A stretch of 64,000 nucleotides of DNA from Planctomycetota bacterium (GTDB lineage: Bacteria > Planctomycetota > UBA11346). Position numbers and translations under genes: made by a program. The stretch spans positions 57,109-121,108 of the forward strand of contig JBBRLJ010000010.1 of assembly GCA_038231435.1 (NCBI GenBank), in the 5' to 3' direction. Below are positions 10,001 to 17,704 of this stretch, piece after piece. Under the pieces are notes generated by a model. The model was not told where the DNA came from and did no database searches. It saw only the letters and a list, made by a program, of their open reading frames with translations. Every line of letters starts with the position of its first letter. The first letter of the stretch is position 1.

Positions 10001-11304
10001 CGCTCTCGTACCGGGCCTATCTCGAGCGGCTCGCCGCCGCCGGCGGCACCGGCGTCGAGATCTGGCTGGCGCCCTGGAACCTCGGCCTCGAATGGCGCGC
10101 CGACTGGACCGGCTTCTACGGTCAGGGACGCTACAACCAGGAGAACGCGTTCCGCCTCGACGAGGTGCTCGACTGCGCGTATCGGCTCGGCATCCGGGTG
10201 AACCTGGTGGTCACCAATCACGGCCAGGGCTCGGAAGGATCCGACCCGGAGTGGGACAACAGCCCGTACAACACCGCCAATGGCGGGAAGCTGGCGCGGG
10301 CAGCGGAATTCTTCACCGCGGAGTGGGCTCTCGCCGGACAGCAGGCCTACCGCCGCTACCTGGTGGCGCGCTACGCCGATCATCCGGCGATCCTCGGCTG
10401 GAAGTTGTGGAGCGAGGTGAACCTCACCGCCGCTGGCGGCAACGTGGTACGCTGGCACGAGCAGGCCGCCGAGCGCTGGCATGCGCTGGACACCTACGGC
10501 CATCCCATCACCACGCACTGGGCAGGCGACTACGGCGCGGTGGACCACGGCGTGGTGGCATTGCGCGGCATCGATTACATCTGCATCGACGCCTACCACA
10601 CGGGGCAGCTCCTGGCCCAGCTGCTGGTCAACGGCATCAGCGATCCCGGGCGGGGCCTCGGGCGCTTCGGCAAACCGATCCTGGTCACCGAGTGCGGCGG
10701 CAACTGGAACGCCGGGCCGCCCGCCGAGATCGAGGCCGAGCAGGCCAATGGGCCGTGGGCGGCGTTCGTTTCAGGCAACGCCGGCTCGCCGATGCTGTGG
10801 TGGTACGAGTACGTCGACCAGCACGAGCTGTGGAAGCCGTACGGCGCGATCGCCCGTTTCATCGCCGGAGAGGACCTCCGTGGTGGCGACGCCGGATCGT
10901 CGACCTTCCCGGCATCGAGCCCGGCCGGCGCGTTGTGGTGCCGGGCGTGGCGCCGCCCAGGTCGCGTGCTCGGCTACGTGCTGGATCGCCGCTGGGGGAT
11001 GCGCGGCGGCGACGCGCCGACCCACGACGCGGCGCGCGTTGACCTGGGCAAGGTCGCCCCGGGCACCGTCGCCATCGAGTGGTGGGACGCGGACCACGGC
11101 GTGGCGGTGAAGAGCGAGACCATCGTCTATGACGGTGCGTCGCCCCTGGTGCTGCTGCCGCCGGCTTTCGCTCGGCACATCGCGTTCAAGCTTTCGCGTG
11201 ACGCTGCGCCGGCCAAGTTGCGCGTGGAATCCATCGACGCCAGCGCGCCGCTGCGCGCGAAGACCGCGCCAGTGCCGGTGCCGGCGTCCGCAGAGGGGAA
11301 GTAG
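7087..11304 (+). CDS. Large secreted multidomain protein: autotransporter-associated beta-strand repeats + PA14 + DUF5060-like + clan GH-A (GH5-like) catalytic domain
   Basis: TWTGGG..WSDAANWS N-terminus; LAGPISGQSEVVKDGGS..NSYASDTRILGGTL repeats; PA14 (FSIQWDGYL..SDDGSRMWID..YEEGGGG); NPYDP..FTGPDG..IPGFY..VRFRP; WKLWSEVN and ILVTECG glutamates. The true start is uncertain (probably 7246-7303). Confidence 0.8.
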   Translation: MPGLPSHARNPGVPSWKRAERLRMSVSVPSSTPEPVPMPLPLPLLLPMRMRMRMRRRKPCGIHARSRWTSRFMFSLLVVACACACAGGVASGATATWTGGGDQLRWSDAANWSPGCPASGDDVVVPLSAAITIDGAAETAYHGLSITADGVTLSGGVLRMSGGIVVGPATGAPGPMRATITSELVADTDLAVSCAKGATLVLGGAIDLRDHHLMFQGEGAIEVAGAVRGAGGVDCRGPGRVSLSGPSSFAGGFVAHGGEVRVDADVPAAGDSPCGAGETPLGIDGGTLLVNTPMFARPLAIGPRGGRLDAFGAARSVAAPIVTASWSNGGITGTYLPESMRGVVEDDWRGHHKPASIREDALINFPNQAFGTSDEQRAFHIAGTPADWDDFSIQWDGYLRIETDGTSLSTRSDDGSRMWIDLNHDGKVQSDEWGSNGWGGGQGATVKKVSGPLPVGVYQIRVQYEEGGGGNTMSLLWDDRRHGTVSLGGLMVVPTEDFLRTASFTIGGEPVASAGGQQLTLAGPISGQSEVVKDGGSVALFAAENSYASDTRILGGTLACARDRTLPPTHLEIGPGARLDARGHAQALAGISGDGECLLSGAALTLTGNGSFIGRMPGRGSVHKQGEGAIALLGEISDGVAFTLAGGSIRFASGRILAAVQLQAPLTTTVMLPSELSGARQVDCLITVPANAPDDLGGGVCVADQHGHWFQRFADERLVPGKHHLRFALGEGASLHSEPWSARWDAAASSSNRTGLFFWSASGSRASVQVDCRVSRLQPVPASGVELIDGASPAAPAHPGERLEWSCRPQPFPENPYDPQQFSLTAVFTGPDGTETRIPGFYIQRMASRDRGDREEVQPIGEEAFAVRFRPRVPGHWRLRLEALWQGGRTVACEQPAFEVSGEPWDDYVHVDHDDPRFFSAGGTAGASTGASTGTSGLATRFVWPIGLNIRSVNDQRSLATLGTRITPDRGSLSYRAYLERLAAAGGTGVEIWLAPWNLGLEWRADWTGFYGQGRYNQENAFRLDEVLDCAYRLGIRVNLVVTNHGQGSEGSDPEWDNSPYNTANGGKLARAAEFFTAEWALAGQQAYRRYLVARYADHPAILGWKLWSEVNLTAAGGNVVRWHEQAAERWHALDTYGHPITTHWAGDYGAVDHGVVALRGIDYICIDAYHTGQLLAQLLVNGISDPGRGLGRFGKPILVTECGGNWNAGPPAEIEAEQANGPWAAFVSGNAGSPMLWWYEYVDQHELWKPYGAIARFIAGEDLRGGDAGSSTFPASSPAGALWCRAWRRPGRVLGYVLDRRWGMRGGDAPTHDAARVDLGKVAPGTVAIEWWDADHGVAVKSETIVYDGASPLVLLPPAFARHIAFKLSRDAAPAKLRVESIDASAPLRAKTAPVPVPASAEGK

Positions 11305-11354
11305 CGGACTGCGGAGTGTGGCGGTGATGGTGCGATACGCTGGTCGCGTATCTT

Positions 11355-11394
11355 CTCAAGCCTCGGTCGAGGCCGCTCAAGCCTCGGTCGAGGC
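11355..11394. repeat. Two tandem copies (21-bp period) of a GCCTCG-GT-CGAGGC hairpin
   Basis: CTCAAGCCTCGGTCGAGGC at 11355 and 11376, between convergent genes. Confidence 0.75.
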
Positions 11395-11400
11395 GTCGAG

Positions 11401-12243
11401 TCAGGCGGTGACCGCCTCGCGGAATGCGGCCAGCGGCACGCGCGCGCCATCGAGCCACACGCGCGGGAAATGCGCGCCGCGGATCGGCTCGCCGTCGCGG
11501 GAATCGACGAAGGGTTTCATCAGGTGGTGGTTGGCGGCGACATAGGCGGTGGTGTCCGCCATGTAGTGCAGGGCGATGGCGCGGCGCGGTCTGCCGCTGC
11601 GGTTGGCGTGTGAACCATGCCAGGTCAGCGAGTGGTGGAAGTGGACCTCGCCCGCCGCGACCGGGCAGAGCTTCACTTGGATATCCTTGCCCTGGAACGC
11701 GGTGGGCATGGCGTCGAAGCTGGGGATGGATTCGAGGAAGCGGATGGTGTTGCCGACCAGGTGCGATCCGGGGACCATGCTCATGCAGCCATTGTCCTCG
11801 CCCGCGTCATCGAGGGCGATCCAGGCGGTGAGCGCGGTCGGCGCGTCCATGATCGGCCAGTACGGCCAATCCTGGTGCCACATGTTCACGCCGCCCAGCT
11901 GGGCGGGCTTGTATTGGATCTGGTCATGCCACATCGCCACGCCGCGCGAGCCAAGCAGCTGCGCGACCTGCTGGACGATGGTGGTGTGGTCGACGAGCCG
12001 GCGGTACGCCTCGCTCGCCTCCCAGATGTTGACGATCTGCCATACTGGCCGTTCTGGATCGCCGGTGAGGTTGCTGACGCTCACTGGCTGGGGCGCGTCG
12101 GTCTTCTGGTCGCGGATAACCCGCGCGAGCTCCTCCTTGAGCTGATCGAGATGGCGATCGTCAATCACCCGGCCGCCCTTGAGGAAGCCATCGCGGTGGA
12201 ACTGCTGGAGCTGGAGATCGCTGAGCATGGGGGCCTCCGTCAT
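11401..12243 (-). CDS. Phytanoyl-CoA dioxygenase family (PhyH) Fe(II)/2OG oxygenase
   Basis: FHRDGF, WHQDWPYW (HxD), WIALDD..NGC..VPGSH, HGSHANRS..RR. Alternative start at 12228 with GGAGG. Confidence 0.92.
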   Translation of the reverse strand: MTEAPMLSDLQLQQFHRDGFLKGGRVIDDRHLDQLKEELARVIRDQKTDAPQPVSVSNLTGDPERPVWQIVNIWEASEAYRRLVDHTTIVQQVAQLLGSRGVAMWHDQIQYKPAQLGGVNMWHQDWPYWPIMDAPTALTAWIALDDAGEDNGCMSMVPGSHLVGNTIRFLESIPSFDAMPTAFQGKDIQVKLCPVAAGEVHFHHSLTWHGSHANRSGRPRRAIALHYMADTTAYVAANHHLMKPFVDSRDGEPIRGAHFPRVWLDGARVPLAAFREAVTA

Positions 12244-12252
12244 GCCCGCAGT

Positions 12253-13287
12253 CTAGCGTTTCCGGCCGCGGCGCGGCAATGGCTCGGGATGCTGGGGGAT
12301 GGATGGATTTGCGGGTGTGGCCGGGTCGTCGGCGGGATCCCCGGCGATGCCATCGTGGCCGCGGGCAGCCAGCGTGGCCTCGCGGAAGAGGGTGGGCGAA
12401 AGCCCGTCGATCTGGCGGAAGACGCGGCTGAAATGGTACTGGTCGTCGAAGCCGGTGCGTGTCGCGACCTCCTTGATGCTCAGGTCGATGTCGGCGAGCA
12501 GCACACGCGCCGCGTCGATGCGCAGGCGGCGGAGGTAATCCTTCGGCGAGTAGCCAGTAAACTCCTTGAACAGGTGCGAGAAGCGGCTGTGGCTGAGGCC
12601 CGAGGCGCGCGCCAGGTCGGCGCTGGTGAGCGGTTCGGTGAAGCGCGTGCGCATCAGCTCGAGCGAGCGCTCGAGCTTGGCGCGCGCGACCAGCGATCCC
12701 GGCTCCTCGATCTGCATGCCGCGCCGCTGGCGCGCGCGCAGGAGCGATGCGATCAGCGTGGTGAGCCGGCCGTGCGCGGCGAGCTTGCCGGCCGGGGTGT
12801 CGCCGCTCCATGCGCGAACCAGATCGAGGAAGCCGTCCTCGATCCCGTCGCCAGGCGAGAGCGCGAGGTGCGCCGGGATCTCGAGGTCTCCGGGGAAGCG
12901 GATCTCGTAGGGCCGGCGGCGCTCCGGCTGCAGGGCGAGTCGCGGGTGCCCGGGGCAGAGATCGAAATGCACGGCAACGTGTTCGCAGGTCGCATCGCTC
13001 GCGAAGCCGTGCGGGACGAAGGGCTGGAGGAACAGCAGGTGGTGCGCCGCGAAGGGGATGTCGCCATCGCGTCTGGTCAACAGGCCATCGCCACGCAGGA
13101 TGAGCACGAACTCGTGATCGAAGATGACGCGCTCGGCGATGCGCAGCGCGCCCTTGTTGCGATGCGCTATGCGGATCGCGGGATGGATCTCATCGACGGG
13201 GAGCGTGGTCACCCGCCGCGGCGCCGAGCCCCCTGGATCGGCGGCGCGCTGCACAGAGCTGATGATGGCGGGAGGCGTGGTTTTCAT
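12253..13287 (-). CDS. AraC family transcriptional regulator
   Basis: N-terminal cupin-like domain; LARASGLSHSRFSHLFKEFTGYSP and SIKEVATRTGFDDQYHFSRVFR double HTH. Confidence 0.93.
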   Translation of the reverse strand: MKTTPPAIISSVQRAADPGGSAPRRVTTLPVDEIHPAIRIAHRNKGALRIAERVIFDHEFVLILRGDGLLTRRDGDIPFAAHHLLFLQPFVPHGFASDATCEHVAVHFDLCPGHPRLALQPERRRPYEIRFPGDLEIPAHLALSPGDGIEDGFLDLVRAWSGDTPAGKLAAHGRLTTLIASLLRARQRRGMQIEEPGSLVARAKLERSLELMRTRFTEPLTSADLARASGLSHSRFSHLFKEFTGYSPKDYLRRLRIDAARVLLADIDLSIKEVATRTGFDDQYHFSRVFRQIDGLSPTLFREATLAARGHDGIAGDPADDPATPANPSIPQHPEPLPRRGRKR

Positions 13288-13459
13288 CGTCGGAGCTTCA
13301 TCGTCGGCTCTTCATCGTCGGTGGCATGGCTCGGGATGTGCCAGACGTCATACCATCCGGCGGCGTTCCGGCCACTCTCGCGGGAGCGCACATGCGAGCG
13401 AGCGGATCATCGCCCCTGGCAGCCTTGGCCGACAGGGCGACGGCCCTAGCATCCCGCCC

Positions 13460-15109
13460 ATGACCACCCCGGCCCCATCTTCCTCGTCTGATCCATCCGC
13501 TCCGATCGCGCTCCGCGATTCCGAGACCATCGCCTTCATCGGCGACAGCATCACCGAGCAGAACCTCTACAGCGCCTTCATCGAGACCTTCCTGATGTCC
13601 CGGCTGCCGGGCAAGGACCTGCGCTTCCACAATTTCGGCTGGGGCGGCGACACCGCACCCGGCGGCGCGGGGCGCTTCGCGCGCGATGTCGCGCCGATCG
13701 CTCCGAGCCTGGTGCTGGTCAAGTTCGGCATGAACGACGGCCGCTACTCGGCACCCGACGAGGCGGTGCGCGGGATCTACCTGGATGGCCAGCGCGCCCT
13801 GGCGGACGCGATCGCGGCGATGGGCGCCCGCCAGGTGGCGATCTCGCCCAATCCGATCGACGTCGGCGGCCGTGCGTACCTCGAGCCGTACAACGCCACG
13901 CTGAAGCTGTTCTCGGAGCACCTGCGCCGCATGTGCGACGAGCGCGGCATCGCCTTCATCGATCTGTTCGCTCCGGTCCTGGCGGTGCAGGAGCGCGCCC
14001 AGCGCGCCACCCCGGGCTTCACCATGATCCCGGACGGCGTGCATCCGAACGAGGTCGGCCACTTCGTGATGGCGCACGCCGCGCTCGAACGCTTCGCGGC
14101 GCCGCGCGGGCTCGGCGACATCGTGGTGGACGGTGATGGTGTTACCGCCAGCGGCCCGGCGAAGGTGGCGAACACCGCCCGCGCCGGCGCTGAGCTGTCG
14201 TTCGACCTCACCGTGCCGTTCCAGCCGTACTTCGTACCCGAGCCAGCGCGACCCGCGCTCGCCCTGGTGCCGTTCCAGGAGCGCTTCAACCGCTTCCGGC
14301 TCGATTGCTCGCGGTGGAAGACCGGGCGCGCGCTCTCGGTGCGCGTAGGCGGCGTCGAGATCGCCCTCATCGGACGGGAAGATGGTGAGGGCGGCATCGA
14401 TCTGGCTGCGCTCGACGCCGCGCCGTGGAGCGCGAGCGGCCGCGCGCTGTGGAACCTGGCCCAGCAGCGTTGGCGCGTCCACCTGCAGGCCTGGCGCGAG
14501 CTCGGCATCCTGGCCGGCGACGAGATCCGCGCGCTGCCGTCGCTTCCCGTCCTGAATCGGGCGATGAAGGATTTCGTACGCGAGCAGGGGGCCGCCATGC
14601 GCTCGCTGGTCGGACCGAGCATCTACCGCGTCACCATCGCCGAGACCGACGACGTCGCGATCCCCTGCGGCGAGCTGTCGCCGCTCTATCCCTTCGATCC
14701 GGCCAAGCCCGAGGACTTCGAGACCGCCCATGCCCCAGAGACCGCGCCGGATTCGGTGCCGTGGCGGTCGGTGCGCTTCAACGGCCACGCGCTCGACCTC
14801 GGCGCGCATCAGGGCAATCCCACCAAGTGCGTCTGCTATGTGCGCCTGGTGTTCGAGGCGAGCGCCTCCTGCCGCGTGCGCCTGCTGCTCGGCAGCGACG
14901 ACGGCATCTCGGTATTCGTTGACGGCCGGCGCATCCTGGCGCGCAACGTCACGCGTGGGTGCCGCCTCGGCGACGACTCGGTGGATGCGCACCTCGGCCG
15001 AGGCCGCACCACCATTCTGCTGCGCGTGACCCAGGCGGGGGGCGGCTACGGGGTGGCGATCCGCGCCCAGTCCCTCGATGGCGCGGACGTCCGTCTGATC
15101 ACCGTCTGA
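13460..15109 (+). CDS. SGNH/GDSL hydrolase with C-terminal PA14-like (GSDDG) domain
   Basis: FIGDSIT, GWGG, FGMND, DGVHP blocks; C-terminal LGSDDGISVFVDG...QAGGGYG. Start ATG 13460 chosen from the promoter geometry. Confidence 0.88.
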   Translation: MTTPAPSSSSDPSAPIALRDSETIAFIGDSITEQNLYSAFIETFLMSRLPGKDLRFHNFGWGGDTAPGGAGRFARDVAPIAPSLVLVKFGMNDGRYSAPDEAVRGIYLDGQRALADAIAAMGARQVAISPNPIDVGGRAYLEPYNATLKLFSEHLRRMCDERGIAFIDLFAPVLAVQERAQRATPGFTMIPDGVHPNEVGHFVMAHAALERFAAPRGLGDIVVDGDGVTASGPAKVANTARAGAELSFDLTVPFQPYFVPEPARPALALVPFQERFNRFRLDCSRWKTGRALSVRVGGVEIALIGREDGEGGIDLAALDAAPWSASGRALWNLAQQRWRVHLQAWRELGILAGDEIRALPSLPVLNRAMKDFVREQGAAMRSLVGPSIYRVTIAETDDVAIPCGELSPLYPFDPAKPEDFETAHAPETAPDSVPWRSVRFNGHALDLGAHQGNPTKCVCYVRLVFEASASCRVRLLLGSDDGISVFVDGRRILARNVTRGCRLGDDSVDAHLGRGRTTILLRVTQAGGGYGVAIRAQSLDGADVRLITV

Positions 15110-15379
15110 TATACGCGAGGACGACCGAGAGCTGCCCGAACGTGTCACCCTCGTCGCTCGTGCCGTAGGTCTGGCGGCTCACTGGGACTTGATCTACATC
15201 AGGTACTAAGATTAGCTGTCACAGCGATTTGGCCTACCGTTCTTTGATCACGCTCGTCTGTTTCCAGGCATCCCAGCCTGGGCCTGGTCGGGTGCGTGTC
15301 TCGAGACCGCTGACGACAGCTCCTGTGATTCCACTGCTGATACCGCATCCACTGCGTCACTTCGAAAAGGATTTCTCCG

Positions 15380-16447
15380 ATGGCTGAAGCCGCCCCCGCC
15401 CGCGATCCCCAGGAACAGGCTTCTGCAACCGGCCGCGGTGAGAAGGCCGCCAGCGACAAGCAGGCCCTGGCCTGGCTGCAGCAGGCGACCGCGACGGTGC
15501 GCAGCGAGCTCGGCAAGGTCATCGTTGGCCAAGAGGAGGTCGTCGACCAGCTGCTGATCGGCATCTTCGCCAAGGGCCACTGCATGCTCGAAGGCGTGCC
15601 CGGCCTCGCCAAGACCCTGCTCATCAGCACGCTCGCCAAATGCCTCGACATGTCCTTCAAGCGCATCCAGTTCACGCCTGACCTGATGCCGTCCGACATC
15701 GTCGGCACCGAAGTGCTGCAAGAGGATCCGACCACCCGCCAGCGCCAGTTCAAATTCATGCGCGGCCCGATCTTCGCCAACATCGTGCTCGCCGACGAGA
15801 TCAATCGCACGCCACCGAAGACCCAGGCCGCGCTGCTCGAGGCCATGCAGGAGAAGAGCGTGTCGATCGGCAACGAGCGCCACGTGCTCGATGCGCCGTT
15901 CTTCGTGCTCGCCACCCAGAACCCGATCGACCAAGAAGGCACCTATCCGCTGCCCGAGGCGCAGCTCGACCGTTTCCTGTTCAAGATCTCGGTCGGCTAT
16001 CCCTCCGACGCCGAGGAGCTGGAAGTCATGCGTCGCGTCGCCAGCCCGGTGATGGCTGAGAACGAAAAGGGCGTGCAGAAGGTCCTCACCGCCCAGCAGG
16101 TCATCGGCGTGCAGAAGCTCGTGTTGCGCGTGCCGGTCGCCGATCAGGTGCTCGAGTACGCGAAGAACCTGGTGCGCGCCACGCGCCCCAATCAGCCCGA
16201 GGCTCCCGCCTTCATCAAGGAGTGGATCTCGTGGGGCGCCGGTCCGCGCGCCTCGATCAACCTCATCCTCGCCGCCAAGGCCCGCGCCGTCTTGCACGGC
16301 AACTACGCGGTCTCGTGGGAAGACATCGAAGCCGTCGCCGGCCCGGTGCTACGCCATCGCATCGCCTGCAGCTACACCGCCTCGGCCGAGGACATCACCA
16401 CCGACGTGGTGATCCAGAAGCTCCTCGAAACCGTCTCCAAGGGCTGA
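15380..16447 (+). CDS. moxR: MoxR family AAA+ ATPase
   Basis: EGVPGLAKT, RIQFTPDLMPSD, LADEINR, ATQNP..EGTYPLPEAQLDRF, GAGPR; AAGGA RBS. Confidence 0.96.
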   Translation: MAEAAPARDPQEQASATGRGEKAASDKQALAWLQQATATVRSELGKVIVGQEEVVDQLLIGIFAKGHCMLEGVPGLAKTLLISTLAKCLDMSFKRIQFTPDLMPSDIVGTEVLQEDPTTRQRQFKFMRGPIFANIVLADEINRTPPKTQAALLEAMQEKSVSIGNERHVLDAPFFVLATQNPIDQEGTYPLPEAQLDRFLFKISVGYPSDAEELEVMRRVASPVMAENEKGVQKVLTAQQVIGVQKLVLRVPVADQVLEYAKNLVRATRPNQPEAPAFIKEWISWGAGPRASINLILAAKARAVLHGNYAVSWEDIEAVAGPVLRHRIACSYTASAEDITTDVVIQKLLETVSKG

Positions 16448-16508
16448 GCGGCCGTGACCAGCCCGATCGCCGCCCTTGTTTCAAAAACCCTTCACCCCTG
16501 GCTTCCAA

Positions 16509-16576
16509 GGGGGCAGCGCGGCGTGAGGCCCCGGTCGGTAGGGGCAGCGCGTTCATGGGGGGCCATAGCCCCCCAT
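16509..16576 (+). repeat. Dispersed structured intergenic element, copy 1
   Basis: Core GGCAGCGCGGCGTGAGGCCCCGGTCGGTAGGGGCAGCGCG (16512-16551) plus hairpin TGGGGGGC-CATA-GCCCCCCA; matches 53001-53067 on the minus strand. Confidence 0.85.
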
Positions 16577-16620
16577 AGCCGCCCCCGCGGGCTGCGCCTG
16601 CGTACGGGCGGCGTGCACTA

Positions 16621-17544
16621 ATGGCTCTTCTCGATCCCAAGATCATCTCGAAAGTCGCGCGGCTCGACCTCAAGGCGAAGCTGGTCGTCGAGGGCTTCAT
16701 CTCGGGCATGCACAAGAGCCCGTTCAAGGGCTTCAGCGTCGAGTTCGCGCAGCACCGCGGCTATGTCGCCGGCGACGACCTCAAGCACCTCGACTGGAAG
16801 GTGTGGGGCAAGAACGAGCGCTACTACATCAAGCAGTACGAGGCCGAGACCAACCTGGTCACCAACGTGCTGGTCGACGCCAGCGCCTCGATGGCCTACG
16901 GCGGTGCGAATGCCGCCGGCAAGGTGACCAAGCTCGAATACGCCAAGCTGGTCGCGGCTTCGCTGAGCTACCTGATCCTGAACCAGTCGGACGCGGTGGC
17001 GGTGGGCGTGTTCAAGCACGACCTGGTGGACTACGCCGAGCGTTCGACCCGCAAGGTGCACATCAACCGCATCTGCAAGCTGCTCGACGACACCGAACCC
17101 GAGGGCGACACCGGCGTCGCCCGCGTCCTGCACACCATGGCCGAGCGCGTGAAGCGCCGCGGCATCTTCTTCCTGGTCAGCGACCTCTTCGATGACGTCG
17201 AGGCCATCCTCTCCGGCTTCCAGCACCTGCGCCACGGGGGTCACGAGCTGGTGGTGATGCACGTGCTCGACGACGACGAGCTCACCTTCCCCTTCGAGGG
17301 CATGGTCCAGTTCAAGGGCCTCGAGCTCGAGGTGAAGGTCAAGTGCCACCCGCGTTCGGTGAAGCAGGCCTATCTCGAGGAGCTGCACAAGCACCTCGCG
17401 CGCGTGAAGGTGGTCTGCCAGAAGAACAACATCGACTACATCCTCGCCAACACCAACACCCCGGTCGACGTGGCGCTGGCCGCCTACCTGGCCAAGCGCG
17501 AGCACATGTCCGGAGCCGGCGCGCGGGGGGCGGTGAGGGCGTGA
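16621..17544 (+). CDS. DUF58 family protein
   Basis: G.HKSP.KG.SVEFAQHRGY..GDDLKHLDWKVW, IKQYEAET, VDASASM, VSD. Confidence 0.94.
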   Translation: MALLDPKIISKVARLDLKAKLVVEGFISGMHKSPFKGFSVEFAQHRGYVAGDDLKHLDWKVWGKNERYYIKQYEAETNLVTNVLVDASASMAYGGANAAGKVTKLEYAKLVAASLSYLILNQSDAVAVGVFKHDLVDYAERSTRKVHINRICKLLDDTEPEGDTGVARVLHTMAERVKRRGIFFLVSDLFDDVEAILSGFQHLRHGGHELVVMHVLDDDELTFPFEGMVQFKGLELEVKVKCHPRSVKQAYLEELHKHLARVKVVCQKNNIDYILANTNTPVDVALAAYLAKREHMSGAGARGAVRA

Positions 17545-17704
17545 GGAGCTACGTGCGGTGTCCGGCGTGCGGTGGGCGGCGAGAAGACGACGAGTCGTGG
17601 CCCATGCTCGGATCCGCTTTTCCAGCGACGACTGATGCGCGCTTGGGATCGATTGTCATGTCCCTCGCCGTACGCTGCACGCTGCACGCTGCACGGTGCC
17701 TCCC

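Noticed and set aside
7087..11304. Classical type V autotransporter
   Set aside because: No C-terminal beta-barrel with a terminal aromatic residue; only passenger-like repeats.
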